Below, piece by piece: positions 38,422-51,984 of a DNA stretch of 64,000 bases; the stretch's first letter is position 1; each line of letters begins with the position of its first letter. Under the pieces are notes generated by a model. That model searched no databases and was not told where the DNA came from. It was given only the letters and a program-made list of their open reading frames with translations. The position numbers were made by a program, and so were the translations under genes. The DNA is from Hemiscyllium ocellatum (taxonomy: Eukaryota), in the NCBI RefSeq assembly GCF_020745735.1, contig NC_083434.1, forward strand, positions 26,967,966 through 27,031,965, in the 5' to 3' direction.

Positions 38422-40214
38422 ACAATCAAAATGCAAATGTATCAATTAAACCCTCAACAGTTAGGGCTGTTTGTGTTGAGGGGATGCCCCTTTACAGGAC
38501 TTTCACTGACTGTGGGAATTTACACTGGAGAATGTATTTAGTGGGACGTACAACTCCATTGCATTCTGTCTAGCAGACTGTCTCTGGAGCCAAGCTGCCT
38601 CTGCATCTATTGGTAGGATCTATCCGATTGCAGGGAGATCCAACCTCCAATGGGAAAAGACTCCGAAGTGATGTACTGCCTTGATGGAGCTGACTACGAA
38701 CTGCTTTGTCTACCTAGCCCTGACCAAATGTCAATCATTCTTGTTAAGAATGACAAAGAAATCATGGCTCTGTTATTTTAACCTTTGTCATAATTCCATC
38801 AAAAACACTGAGTCGAGTCAGTTGGACAGTGTCAAAGGTTAAAGTTGACCAACCATTGTTCCTTTATAATAAAATTGTTTTCTCGGGTTTTAAGAATAAA
38901 AGGTCAGGACCCTTTTACACTCATTAACTGCACATCTGCAGATCTTTGCAATTTAAGGACTTTCCTGCATCAGAGTGACAGCAGATTAAAGGGATTCTGA
39001 CAGGTGAAATCTCTCATGCTAAGCTTATTCAAGAGATGCAACAGATAATATATGTGTCAGCACAATTTAAATGCCTGTGTGACAACGCATTGTTCTGTTT
39101 TTTTATATATACTGGCAATTCTATTCCCTTCCTCATTTGAAATGGGTGACTTTGCTTTAGATATACTTGCACACACACCCAGCACTCTCAGATACCTGGC
39201 CTAAGTAGCCATTACTATGTTGAGATATTGTATAATGTTGCTGATTTGTCAACCTAGTATGCTCCAAGTCAACCCAAATGACCCTCGATCTTTCATAACT
39301 CAGCTTGGTCCAAAGCACCTCCTTTTGCCCATGCAGTGTGTTTGGAGTTGATGTTGTACTCATGTCATTCAGATTCTCTTGTGTATATTGTAATTTCCTA
39401 TGTTATTTACTGTGGATGAATGTGACAAGAAAAAAGCTTGGTCTGCCTAAGAACTTTTCTCAATCTTTAGTTATTCTCTATGGTGTATTATTCTTCATAG
39501 AGTCATAGAGCAGACCTTTGGTCCATCTAGTCCATGCCAAACATAATTCCAACCTAAACTAGTCTTGCCTGCCTACTCTTGGTCCATATCCCTCATCCAT
39601 TGAAAAGGGGTCTCTGTCTCTTTTGTAGATCAGCAACTCAACTGACAAAACGAGGTATCAAATATTCTATTCGTTGTTTTTGTTGTTTGACAAAGAAAGG
39701 ATTGTCAAACTCTTGCATTTTCTAACAAAGATCATCATACTATCATATTTGATAATAGCAGCTTAATTATATTAACATAGACAGTTGTCGGGCATTATTT
39801 AAAGAGTACTTACCACAATGGAAAGTTGGGTGACTGCAGCTTTAGGTAAAACATAGACCTATGTAACCATACATTCTGTAAATCAGCCTTTTGTTTTCAT
39901 TCACTCATGGGACTTGTGTGTCAGTGGCTGGCCAGCATTTATTTCCATCCCTAGGTGCCCTTGAGAAGGTGGTGGTGGGCTGCTTTCTTGATTTTTATCA
40001 AGAAAATGATTTGTGTATGGCTTTATGCTTTACGAATTAAGTTGGAATCACACCAACAATCTTAAACAGGAATTCTGGTCCCAGTCTCCCATCATAAAAA
40101 CATTGAATGCAGAGATACATCATTGGAAAGGTGAGGTGGAGTGGGTTAAAAGGGCAGAGATTGGATAAAAGTGGTGTGCTAATGCACCTCACGGATGCTT
40201 TTCTGCCTCTGTGG

Positions 40215-40297
40215 CATATGCTCAAAACATCGATCCTCCTGCTCCTTGGATGCTGCCTGGCTGGCTGTACTTTTCCAGCAACACACTCTTGACTCTA
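40215..40297 (+). mobile_element. Penelope-like terminal fragment (degenerate)
   Basis: AAAACATCGATCCTCCTGCTCCTTGGATGCTGCCTGG...TTTTCCAGCAACACACTC. Confidence 0.6.
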
Positions 40298-40309
40298 TAC
40301 CCTGTATGC

Positions 40310-42640
40310 TCAAAGAACAGTCTCACATAGGAATAAGACTTTGAGCCCACCAAGACTGTGTTGACATATGACTCCTTTCTAAACTAAAAGCCTTCTGCCT
40401 CTTCACAGGTCATATCCCTCTATTCCCTGCTTATCCAGGTATCTGTCAACACTCCCCTTTAATAGGGTATTGCTATTGTATTCACCTTCACCACCTCATC
40501 TGCCAGTACATTCCAGGCACTCACCACCTTTGAGTTGAAAAAAAACATCGACTCTCACATCTCTTTTAAACTTATCCACTTTACTTTAACCCATGACCCC
40601 CAGTAATTGAAATTTCTACCTAGGGGACCAAACTCTGACCACCTATTCTATCTGTGCCTCTCATAATTTTATAAACTTCTATCAGGCCACCCCTCATCCT
40701 TTGATGTTCAAGTGAAAACAAACTAAGTTTGTCCAATCTCTCCTCACAGCTAATAACACACCTAACCAGGCACCATCCTGGTAAACCATTTCTGTACCTT
40801 CAAAGCCTCCACATCCTGCTGGTGGTGTGGCAACCAGAACTGTACTCAATATTCCAAACGTAGCCTAACTAAACTTCAGTACCACTGCAACATGACTTAG
40901 AGTCATAGAGATAAATAGCACAGAAACAGACCCTTCGGTCCAACTCAGCCATGCCGACCAGACATCCTAACCTAATCTAGTTCCATTTGCCAGCACTTGG
41001 CCCTCAAAACTCTTCCTATTCATATACCCATCCAGATGCATTTTAAATGCTGTAATTGTATCAGCCTCCACCACTTCCTCTGGCAACTCATTCCATACAT
41101 GCACCACCCTCTGCGTGAAAAAGTTGCCTCCTAGGTCCCCTTTATATCATTCCCCTCTCATCTTAAACCTATGCCCCCTCTAGTTTTGGATTCCTCCACC
41201 CCAGGGAAAATACCTTGTCTATTTATCCTATCCATGCCCCTCACGATTTTATAAATCTCTGTAAGGTCACCCCTCAGCCTCTGATGCTCCAGGGAAAACA
41301 GCCCCAGCCTATTCAGCCTCTCCATGTACCTCAAATCCTCCAACCCTGGCAATATCCTTGTAAATCTTTTCTGAATCCTTTCAAATTTCACAACATCCTT
41401 CCATTAGGAAGGAGACCAGAATTGCACGCAATATTCTTAAAGTGGCCTAACCAATGTCCTGTACAGCTGCAACATGACCTCCCAACTCCTGTACTCAATG
41501 CAATGACCAGTAAAGGAAAGCACCAAATGCCGCCTTCACTATCCTATCTACCTGTGATTCCACTTTCAAGGAACTATGAACATGCACTCCAAGGTCTCTT
41601 TGTTCAGCAACAGTTCCCAGGACCTTACCATTAAGTGTATAAGTCCTGCCCTGATTTGCCTTTCCAAAAGGCAGCACCGTGCATTTATCTAAATTAATCT
41701 CCATCTGATCAAGATCCCATTATGTTCTGAGGTAACCTCCTTCGCTATCCACTACACCTCCAATGTTTGTGTCATCTTCAAACTTAGAACATAGAACATA
41801 GAAAAATACAGCGCAGTACAGGCCCTTTGGCCCTCGGTGCTGCGCCGATCCAAGCCCACCTAACCTACACTAGCCCACTATCCTCCATATGCCTATCCAA
41901 TGCCCGTTGAAATGCCCATAAAGAGGGAGGGTCCGCCACTGCTACTGGCAGGGCATTCCATGAACTCATGACTCGCTGAGAAAAGAATCTAACCCTAACA
42001 TCTGTCCTATATCTACCACCCCTTAATTTAAAGCTATGCACCCTCGTAATAGCTGACTCCATAAGTAGAAAAAGGTTCTCATGGTTAACCCTATCTAAAC
42101 CCCTAATCATCTTGTACACCTCTATCAAGTCACCCCTAAACCTTCTTTTCTCCAATGAAAACAGCTCCAAGGGCTCAGCCTTTCCCTACGATCTTCCTGC
42201 CATACCAGGCAACATCCTGGTAAACCTCCTCTGCACCCGTTCCAGTGCCTCCACATCCTTCCTATAGTATGGTGACCAAAACTGCACACAATACTCCAGA
42301 TGCGGCCGCACCAGAGTCATATACAACTGCAACATGACCTCAGGACACTGGAACTCAATTCCTCTACCAATAAAAGCCAACTATACCTCCTATGTTCACA
42401 TCCAAATCATTTATATAAATGTTGAAAATTAGTGGACTTGCCAATTCCCTGCTACAACTGATGAAGTCAAGTGTGTTAAATGCCTTCTTGACCACTTTAT
42501 ACGCTTGTGTTGCCACTTTTGGGGAACTGAGCCATTTGCACCTAAATCCCTCTTTGTTGTTGCTACTAAGGGTTCTGTATATTTCCCTCCTACATTAGGT
42601 CTCCCAAAATGCATTAACTCACATTTGCCATTTCTATGGC
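40310..42640 (-). mobile_element. Three nested CR1 LINE 3' fragments
   Basis: Tails at about 40310, 40898 and 41786. ORF remnant 'LVRPHLEYCVQFWSPYYRKDVEALERVQRRFTRMLPG'. Confidence 0.85.
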
Positions 42641-43098
42641 CAAGTCATGTGCCATGGTGGCATTCTAATCCAAGACCCCAATACATTAGCCAAGGTTATG
42701 GATTAATAGTCTAGTGTGAATACCACTAGGCCATCCCCATCCCAAGTGTGACAAGCAAGTGAGTATTCAGTGCAGAGGGCATGCTAGGCTAATGGTGTTG
42801 AGGTTTGAGGTAGATGTTAGAGAGGGGAGGAAAGATGCTGGCAGGCAGTATTGAGGGATGTACATGAACATTTGGGAGGTGAATACAGTAGCAAAGGTAA
42901 AGCGAGTGTGATGTATCAGAGAGAAGGTGAAGTGGAGAAGGTGGTTGATATTCTTGCTACACCTGCATTCCTCCAGGTGGTTGAGTCTTTATTGATGGAA
43001 ATGACAACCAGGCTGCCAAGTTCTGAAGTCATGGCTTCCGTTGCTGTTTTTCGGTGAAGAGGAACTTTTGGATCTGCTGCCTACTGTCCAGCAGGAGC

Positions 43099-43412
43099 TA
43101 GATTAGATTAGATTACTTACAGTGTGGAAACAGGCCCTTCGGCCCAGCAAGTCCACACCGACCCGCTGAAGCGCAACCCACCCATACCCCTACATTTACC
43201 CCTTTACCTAACACTATGGGCAATTTAGCATGGTCAATCCATCTGACCTGCACATCTTTGGACTGTGGGACGAAACCGGAGCACCTGGAGGAAACCCACG
43301 CAGACACGGGGAGAACGTGCAAACTCCACACAATCAGTCGCCTGAGTCGGGAATTGAACCCGGGTCTCTGGCGCTGTGAGGCAGCAGTGCTAACCACTGT
43401 GCCACCGTGCCA
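43099..43412 (-). mobile_element. HE1-like V-SINE
   Basis: (GATTA)n followed by the reverse complement of the SINE. Confidence 0.88.
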
Positions 43413-43719
43413 CTCTGGGTCTCTGGCCATAAATCAGTACACTGCGTCATCACTGTCTGCTGTGTCCAGGGCAAATGTCAGGAACAGTCCACTGCATACT
43501 GACAATGGCTGTCCAAAAGGCTTTTAAAGATGGCTCAGGTGCAAAGCACACAGTTGAATTCTGGGATATTGGCTGAGTGGTAAGTTGTCATGGGAACAGG
43601 AATCATCTTGAGGGGCACTATAGGAGGGCAAGGTAATTAATTAGGTGAGTTTGGTAAGATAACAGCAAGAAAACCTGCTAGACTTTGAAGCATGCCTCCC
43701 CAGACAATTAATTTCTTTT

Positions 43720-44033
43720 TTAGAATCCCAACAGTGTGGAAACAGGTCCTTTGGCCTAGCAAGTCCACACTGAATCTCCAAAAAGTAACCTACCCAGACC
43801 CATTCCCCTATTGCTCTACATTTACCCCTAATTAATGAACCTAACCTATACATCCTGTACACTCTGGGCAAATTAGCATGGCCAATTCACCTAACCTGCA
43901 CCCGGAGGAGACCCATTCAGACAATGGGAGAATGCGCAAATGTCACACAGACAGTCACCCAAGGCTGGAATCGAACCCAGATACCTGACGCTGTGAGTCA
44001 ACTGTGCTAACCACTGAGCTACTGTGCTGCCCC
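43720..44033 (-). mobile_element. Older V-SINE variant
   Basis: Diverged reverse-complement copy with an internal deletion. Confidence 0.75.
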
Positions 44034-44619
44034 TGTGTGTTTGATGAACAGGGGGGACATAAGTTGCTCCCTTGTTCATATCTGGCTGTCAACTAATCAT
44101 ACCAGGAAACAAGTCATCTGACCATTTACCTCATTTTTATGTTGTAGTTATATTTTCCAACACAGCTGCAGTGACTGCATTTCAAAGTTTTCTGTGGTGA
44201 TGCAGGCTTCCTTTTCCTCACATTAACTGGACTTGATCTTGTCCCAGCCAATCTTGTCCTACTTCCCAACTGAAGCCACTGTGTAATATTTAGGACATAT
44301 TGTGTTCTCAAGCTCATTTGGATTCAAACCCATTGTAGCACTGCACTACTGCTTGGGGCAAGATCAGCTAATTGAATACAACCTGATAATTAGTCTTTCT
44401 GAGATTTTGCCATAACCTGAAACAAAATTTCCAATCAGTGGCAAGCATGGATTCCAAATTGGTGGCAGAGAGGAGATGGTGGCACTAGACCTTGCACAGC
44501 ACAATAGATCATTGACTTCTTTCTACAGTGCTAGCCGTTCCACTTCACCTGGAGAATAACACTAACCTCAGCTGTGATGTGTGTCCACATGGACTTAGTA
44601 TAGGAGTGTGGTTATTTGG

Positions 44620-45128
44620 AGAGGCAATGGCCTAGTGATATAATTGCTGGACAGTTAATCCAAAGACCCAGGTCATGTTCTGGGGACCTGGGTTCGAATC
44701 CTGCCACTGCAGATGGTGGAATTTGAATTCAACAAAAAAAAATGTGGAATTTAGAGTCTAATGATGACCATGAGTCTTCAAGGCAGAGATTGATAAATTC
44801 TTGATCTCGCAAGGAATTGAGGGCTATAAGGAGAGTGTGGGTTAAGTGGATTTGAAACGCCCATCAGCCATGATTAAGTGGCGGAGTGGACTCGATGGGC
44901 CAAATGGCCTTTCTTCCACTCCTATGTCTTATGAGTCAATTGTCAGGAAAACCCATCTGGTTCAGTAATGCCCTTTGGGGAAGGAAACTACCATCCTTAC
45001 CTGGTCTGGCCTACATGTAATTCCAGACCCTCAGCAATGTGGTTGACTCTTACCTGCCCTCTGGGCAATTATGTATGGGCAATAAATGCTGGCCTAACCA
45101 GTGACGTCCCATCACATGAATGAGTAAA
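44620..45128 (+). mobile_element. tRNA-headed SINE of a second family, interrupted by a CR1 3' end
   Basis: A box TGGCCTAGTG, B box GGTTCGAATCC, tail GGGCAATAAATGCTGGCC. Other copies at about 15705-16010(-), 59825-60180(-) and 61320-61630(+). Confidence 0.7.
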
Positions 45129-46804
45129 GATGGCCTCCTGTAGTGGCCAGCTGGAAAAAGGACTACCCCCTTCACCACCACCCTGTCCAACAAGACATTC
45201 AAGTCCCCATTTGCACAATAGGGAGTAAGCTTTCCTTCCCTCTGGGCCATGTTCTGAATGTAGATTCTTGATTACCACAACGTGAAGCGTGGTTCCTGTT
45301 TTGTATTGCCTAAAGGGTGACCCAAATGCTGTCAAATGGGGCCAGATTTACTTGCGATATCTGGTCAGCATGGACGAGTTGGACTGAAGGGTCAGTTTCC
45401 ATGCTGCCCAGCTCTATGACTGTGTAAGTGATGTGTAGTTGGCCTTTAACTATGGTCACGGCAGCCTGAAAGGGTACCGTCCCAGGACTTCTTCCTTTCC
45501 GGCTGCGCCTTTCCCTGAGGAAGTGTGTGGCTGCATTGTCGTCAGTGAGGTGAGGAGCAGACAACTGTGTGAGAGCTGATGCTCTGAGCCTATGGTGGAC
45601 CGAGTGACATGACACTCACTGGACGAGACACTTTAAAAATGAAAAAAATTCTGCCCAATGTTTACATCAATCAATTCGATCCACTTCAAACGCCGGCATT
45701 GACATGGCAGGGGAGTGGAATATGTCAATTCTGATAAGGTTTCAATTCATCCTGTAATTTGTCTCACTTCCAATCATTGATTAAAACAAGACTGTACCTT
45801 TCTATTTAATATGTCAAACACTATGCAATGCTCTCCTTTTCAGCTTCAATCCATCCAGGAGCTGTTGTATAACTTTGCGCGTTAATATTGTCTTCAAGTA
45901 CAGTACCAACAACAATTTGCATTTTTATAGTGCCTTTAATATAATAAACTATCCCAAAGCACTTCACAGGAGCATAGTTGGACAAGAATTTTCACTGAGC
46001 CACATTCTAGGCTTGGTCAAAATGCAGGTTTTAGGGAGCTCCTTAAAGACAGAAAGATAGAAAAGTTAAAAGAATTAAGTCCAGACCTGAGGGCCGTTGA
46101 AGGTCCGGCACCAATGCTGGATCAATTAAAATTCAAGGCAAGAATTGCAGAAGTACGAGATTCCAGGAGATTATGTCTGTAGTGAAGCGTTGAGGCTGTG
46201 GAGAAATTAAAAGCAAGGGTGAGAATTTTTAAATTGGGACTTTGTTGGACTGGGAGCACAGGAGTGATGAGTGACTCGGGCTTGGTGCAGGCAGCAGAGT
46301 TTCGGATGTACTCAAGACAAGAATAGATGCTTCTAGAATGATTGAAGAAACAGAAGCATCACTGATCCTAATCACATCTGGGCTTTGCATTTCTGAAACA
46401 AAATGCCACATGTTTAAGCAGCAAAGGCCAACCAATTGTCGCCTTTTGCTGTGCGTGACGTTATTTGGAACTGCGTTTCATTTCACATGAATCCTACGAA
46501 GCAGCAACATGTTTTTCTCCAATCTCTCATCGCCTTTTCAGATATGTTGTGTTGCCAAGGGTCGCGAGCGTGGGCAGAGAAAGCAGAGAACCCATGTAGA
46601 GAATGAGAACCTTCACGTTGTGGGCATTTTGCCCAGTGGCTTATCTGCTTTCATGTTTTAGGATTTCAGTTTCACACCAAATACCAGGAAAAATTGCTCT
46701 GCGAATTTCTGATGCTTTATTTTGGTTGAGTTGCAAGTCTTTCATTGGTGGAGTCTCTGAGTGTTGTGATGTTATTTTAATGGGACTGATTTTGTTTTTA
46801 GCAG

Positions 46805-47020
46805 GTTCCTCCCAGAGTTGTGTGGTTGAGATGCAGAGGAGGAGCAGCTGCCAAGCAGTTTTAAACAATACGTGGGAAGCCGCAGAGATTCCTCCTCCAG
46901 CACCTTGCCCTCCAGCCTCAGCGCAGGCCCAGGGCTCCACCCAAGCCTGCAACAGCCTTCCAACAAAGGCCGCGGAGGTCAATGTGAACTTACTGCAATC
47001 GGGAGTCGCCCAGTTACCAG
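46805..47020 (+). CDS. PLEKHG4B: PLEKHG4B-like exon (GSSQSCVV...EVNVNLLQSGVAQLP)
   Basis: TTTTGTTTTTAGCAG acceptor and CAG|GTTGGT donor; 216 nt, phase 1/1. Ends in 'LLQSGVAQLPG', which typically precedes the SEC14-like region in this family. Confidence 0.8.
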
Positions 47021-47926
47021 GTTGGTGTGCTCTCCAAAAGAAAACGGATTTGGACAAAACAAAGAGAACAAGCAGTATGGAGGGGTGGTGGGTGAATTGA
47101 GAAGAGCAAGATGAACCGCTCTGGCGGTTTTAGCTAAATTATCAGTAGGTTTGATTCTGGGCCAACACATCAGTATGAAACCTTGGACGGTATCATAGTG
47201 AGCATTCAGGATGAATAAAACGAGCCACTGTGTAACTCCAAAATATGTTCCAAACTCCCTGGATTGCTAAGGCCAAACATCAGTGAGGGATGGATACTTG
47301 TAATTATCAGGAAAGTCTCTAACGTAAGCACCTGGCCTAGAATCAGAAAAGTTGACATTAGTTCACGTCCGCAATGAACATTTAGGCATTTAAAATTCTA
47401 AAGCTGAATCTTAACTTCTCCATAAAGGGCACATTTAATGCAGCCATGTCAGAGGTTAAACTGCAAAGAATCTGGAGAAGGAACTCATCCCACCTTGACC
47501 CTACACAACTTTGGTTAAAATGGTGGTGAAATGAGGATAGAGTGATGCCCATTTAAGGGAAGTGAATTGGCCATTTAGATATCCATGTCAATGAAGCTTC
47601 CAGGAGGTTACTGCAGTTTAATTCCACAGAATACCTTTCCCTACTTAACAACAGCCCTCCACCTGCACAGAGCACCACACCTCTGTCCTAACGTCTAGTC
47701 TGTACAGTACAGCAGGAGGCCATTTGGTGAACCTGCCTGTGCTGGTTCTTTGAAAGAGCAATCCGATTGTTATCATTCACTTCTCTCTAACCTTAGGATC
47801 ACAGCTTTTTCCTTTTGAAATATTTAACCAATTGATTTTCAAATTGTATTGTTAACTATGCTTTCATAACTCTCAGGCATTTCAAACCGTAACCCAGTTG
47901 CATAAACACAGCAAAAATGCTTCCTT

Positions 47927-48228
47927 AGAATCCCTACAGTGTGGGAGCAGGTTATTCAGCCCGTCAAGTCCAAACTGAACCTCTGAAGAACATCCCACCC
48001 AGACCCAGCCCCTACCTTATTCCTGTAACCCTGCATTTCTCATGGCCAATCCACCTAACCTGCACAACCTTTAGACTGTGGGTGGAAACTGGAGTACCCA
48101 GAGGAAACCCACGCAAATATGGAGAAAACATGCAAACTCTGCACAGACCATCACTTGAGGCTAGAATTGAACCCAGGACCCTGGTGCTGTGAGGTAAAAG
48201 TGCTAACTACTGAGCCACCGTGCTACCC
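47927..48228 (-). mobile_element. Older V-SINE variant
   Basis: AGAATCCCTACAGTGTGG...GTGCTAACTACTGAGCCACCGTG. Confidence 0.75.
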
Positions 48229-48572
48229 ATCATCAAGCCAGCAAGCGTGTAGACTCTGGAAGAAGGATTGTGTTTACCATGATGCACACTTGAATAACCT
48301 GCTATTGTCTCTGGTATATGGACTACTCTGGTGGGGTACTGGAGGAATGCTATCACTAGTAGTGTATGAGAACAGAAGATGTAGGTGTAAGATTAGGCTA
48401 TATAGACTCCCTTGTTTGTTAGACCATTCAAAATGAGCAAGTCTCCACATCACTTTCCTTCCAGCTCAATGTGTTTCTTCATTTCCTGGGAGACCAAAGA
48501 ACTGTTTATTTCAGACTTAAGTAGCTTCAGTGATGGTGCATTCATGAGATCCCAGAGATTCAAAGTCATTTA

Positions 48573-49180
48573 GAGAATCATAGAGTCATACAGCATGGAA
48601 AACAGACCCTTTGGTCCAACTCACCCATGCTGACCAGTCATCCCAATCTGATCTATTCCCATTTGACAGCATTTTGGCCCATATCCCTCTAAATCCCTTC
48701 TTATTCTATACCCACCTAAGTGCCTTTTAAATGTTATAATTGTAATCACCTCGACCACTTCCTCTGGCAGCTCATTCCATACCTGCATCACCCCCTGTAT
48801 AAGAAAGTTACCCCTCAGGTTCTTTTAAAATCTTGCCCCTGTTACCTTAAACCTATTCCCTCCAGTTTTACACTTAGGATATCACCATATCCATGTCACT
48901 AATAATTTTATAAACCTCTATATGGTCACCTCTCCGCCTCTACTCCAGGGAATAAAGTCCCAACCGATTCAGCCTCTTCCAAAAGCTCAAACCCTCCAGT
49001 CCCAGCAACATCCTTGTAAATCTTATTTGCACCCTCGAATGTTTTAACAGCATCCTTCCTATAGAAGGGCAACTAGAATTGTATGAAGTAGTTCAAAAGT
49101 GGCCTCACCAATGTCTTGTACAGCTGCAATATGATGTCCAGGTTCCTTTACTCAATGTTCTGATCATTGAAGGCAAGCAT
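48573..49180 (-). mobile_element. CR1 LINE 3' fragment
   Basis: CATAGAGT tail and the characteristic reverse-complement 3' region. Confidence 0.8.
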
Positions 49181-50842
49181 GAAGAAATTTCTCCTCTTCA
49201 AAGTCCTAAATAATTGACACTCTGTAGACCTGTGGTCCCAGTTCTAGATTCTTCAGCCAGTGGTGACAATTTCTCAGTGTTTACCCTGTTAGTCTCCTAG
49301 ATTATTGAGGATAGATAAGAATGCAGAATTCAGAACACAAGATAAATAAACCAAAAAGAAGCCCTGATCTTATTGAATAGAGGAGCAGGTTTGAAGGGAT
49401 GAATGGCCTATTCTGCGTCTAATTTGTATATTCACATGTTGATTGTACTGCTTATGGTACAAATATATCAGTATGGCGATTAGAATTCCATACAATACAT
49501 TTGATGTGGTCTCACCAAAGTGCTTTATAATTATTATCATGAATACTTCCTTAATGTTGTACTCAAGGTCATTTTCAACAAAGGTCAACATGCCATATAC
49601 CTTCTTAATTGCTAACTATCAGCATGATAACTTTATGTTCCTTGTACAATTGCACTCAAGTCACTCTGAACATTATTTAAAAGATTCATTTTTGTTTAAA
49701 AATTGCTTTACTATTCATATGAAATAAATTGAATAATCATACCCTACATCATGTTATGCACATTATGTAAATTGCTTTTCTCTTCCTATTAAATGAGTTG
49801 AATAACCATACCCTATCCCACATTACATTGTGTGCTGGCAAACTTGCATCCATTTCTTTTATCCTGTATTTTATTCCATATTGCTTGTATCATCAAATAT
49901 TAATGCATAGTTCTTGGTTTCCTTGTCTAAATCATTAAAATACGCTGTGAATAGCTCACGTCTCAGTCTATATTCCAACTTGAGAATGCCCTGTTAGCCC
50001 TATTTGCTGCTTATAGTTTGTCAATGAATCCTCTTTTCAGGCTAATGGATTGCTCCCAAATTTGTGAGCCATTATTTTGTGTATTAACTTTTTCTGTGGA
50101 GCCTTATCCAGTACATTTTTAAAATCAGTGTCTATTACATTTGGCTCACTTTTATCAACTCGAATAATTACATCTTCTTAACAAAGAACTGCAGCTGTTG
50201 GAAACCTGAAACAAAAACAGAAATTGCTGGCAAACCCATGCGGGTCCTTGCCACAGAATGAACTCCTTGACAAGTGTCCCCTTTACTTTGAGGGAGTACT
50301 AGAAAATAATAAAATCTTCCATTCTTCAACTGGGGAATTTGATGCATCTTCACCCTCCTCTCTGTTATTGCTGTCTGTGCCTTCAGTTGCCAGAATCCAC
50401 ACTCTAGAAGTTTCTCCCTTAACTTCACTGCCTCCCCTTTTTTCTGTCCACCATTAAAAGTCTTCTCAAGTTCTATAATTTCAATTAATTGTTAGTCCGT
50501 TTTCCACCTCTCTCCTTGCACAGTTCAACATTACTTTCCTTTTCTTCATCAATGTCTTTTGCTGACCTCTCTGGACTACACTTTGGAGCATTTCCTGTCT
50601 GTAGGTGGGTTAGCCATGGTTAAAAGTCCCATGGCTATGGGGATGTGGTTGGTGGGGGAAATGGGTCTGGTTGGGGTGTTCTTAGGAAGGTTGATGCAGA
50701 CTCAATGGGCCAAATAGCCTCTTTCTGCACTGATTCTGATTCTATGAAATTTGAATGTTTTGGTCAGGAATGAATATATTTTGCAAAAGATATGTGGAGA
50801 AGGATTATTTCACAATTTAGTTACTTGTAATTTGCCCTCCAG

Positions 50843-50966
50843 GGAACAGAGACAAAGCTAATCGAGCTGTGATCCAGATCTGTTTACACAATGTAATATG
50901 GATGAGCCAAAACTGGCCCAGCACAGAGCTGACCCATATACTGCTGTACTACTACACCATTCCAAG
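50843..50966 (+). CDS. PLEKHG4B: PLEKHG4B-like exon, start of SEC14/CRAL-TRIO-like region (GNRDKANRAVIQICLHNVIWMSQNWPSTELTHILLYYYTIPR)
   Basis: TTTGCCCTCCAG acceptor and AAG|GTATGC donor; 124 nt, phase 1/2. The 'G.RD...RAV......W.......EL..LLLY...IP' pattern is typical of Trio/PLEKHG4-type GEFs. Too short to appear in the ORF track. Confidence 0.88.
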
Positions 50967-51984
50967 GTATGCAAACTATAGATTTATTGAAATGTCTGGT
51001 TTATTTGATATTTTGGTAAGATTTTGCCCTGTCTCTGGTTAATTCTACATTCTTTATTAAAAGTCTGTATCCTGTCTATTCAAACCACTGACATTTCATC
51101 AAACATTTTGGTGATCATTTTCACTCAGCTAATGGACATTGGGCTTTTTATTCTCAGGCACTCCGTGTCAGCTTCAATATTCCAGCTCATGTTTGTTACA
51201 GCTAATTCAGTGCAAAGCTTCTTTCAATATGCTATACTAATGTATCATTTTAAAAGGTTATAATTTCCTCAATTAAGTGTGCTTCTAGAAGTGAATTATT
51301 GCATCGGCCTATCGCGTTTGTAACAATGTGTCCCACCATAAACCTTGCTATTGTTAATCAGCTGTCCAACACAGTTTTGAAAATATTTAATTTACATGTT
51401 TTTCTGATATTACTCATCGGCAAGTATTTCATGGAGTTCAATTATGGTCAGACATTGTCATACTCAAATGATCATTTATCATATTGTGCACCAAGGCAAC
51501 ATTTAATGATGTTTATTCAACTGAGAAGGTCATCACTTATCGCTGCCATTTTCCACTTTTAAGCATTTTCCAACAGAAACTATTAGATAATGATCTGTCA
51601 TGTGAATCCAGGCAACATGCACCCTCCATAGACACTGTGACAAATTGCATTGCTCTTACTACCTTGTAGGATGTGATCGCCTAATGGAGGCATTGGTTGG
51701 AAATTGCCTTTGGAGCTTCTGGTCTTTATGATTCAACAGCTTGTTACTACTGACAAAGCTAGTAGCGCAAGCTGTAATCACCCCTCAAAGACAACAAGCC
51801 TCCCCCAGAACGTTATGCTTGTTAAATGATGGTCATTATATTTGTAAGGACTAACAAGACAATTCCATTGTCAGAAGCTCCTAATAAGAACTACCACTCT
51901 GATATACAGACTGTCGATTTGTGCTGGCTTTGTGATGTTACAGGTTTCAGCTTAAGACTGTCCTGACAGGGAGCGAAGAGGAAC

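Noticed and set aside
41158-42380. RT-related ORFs as an active LINE
   Set aside because: 5'-truncated and frameshifted; no intact ORF2 exists in the window.
46440-46600. Small CpG cluster as an internal promoter
   Set aside because: Too few CpGs and no supporting motif set; cannot be supported from sequence alone.
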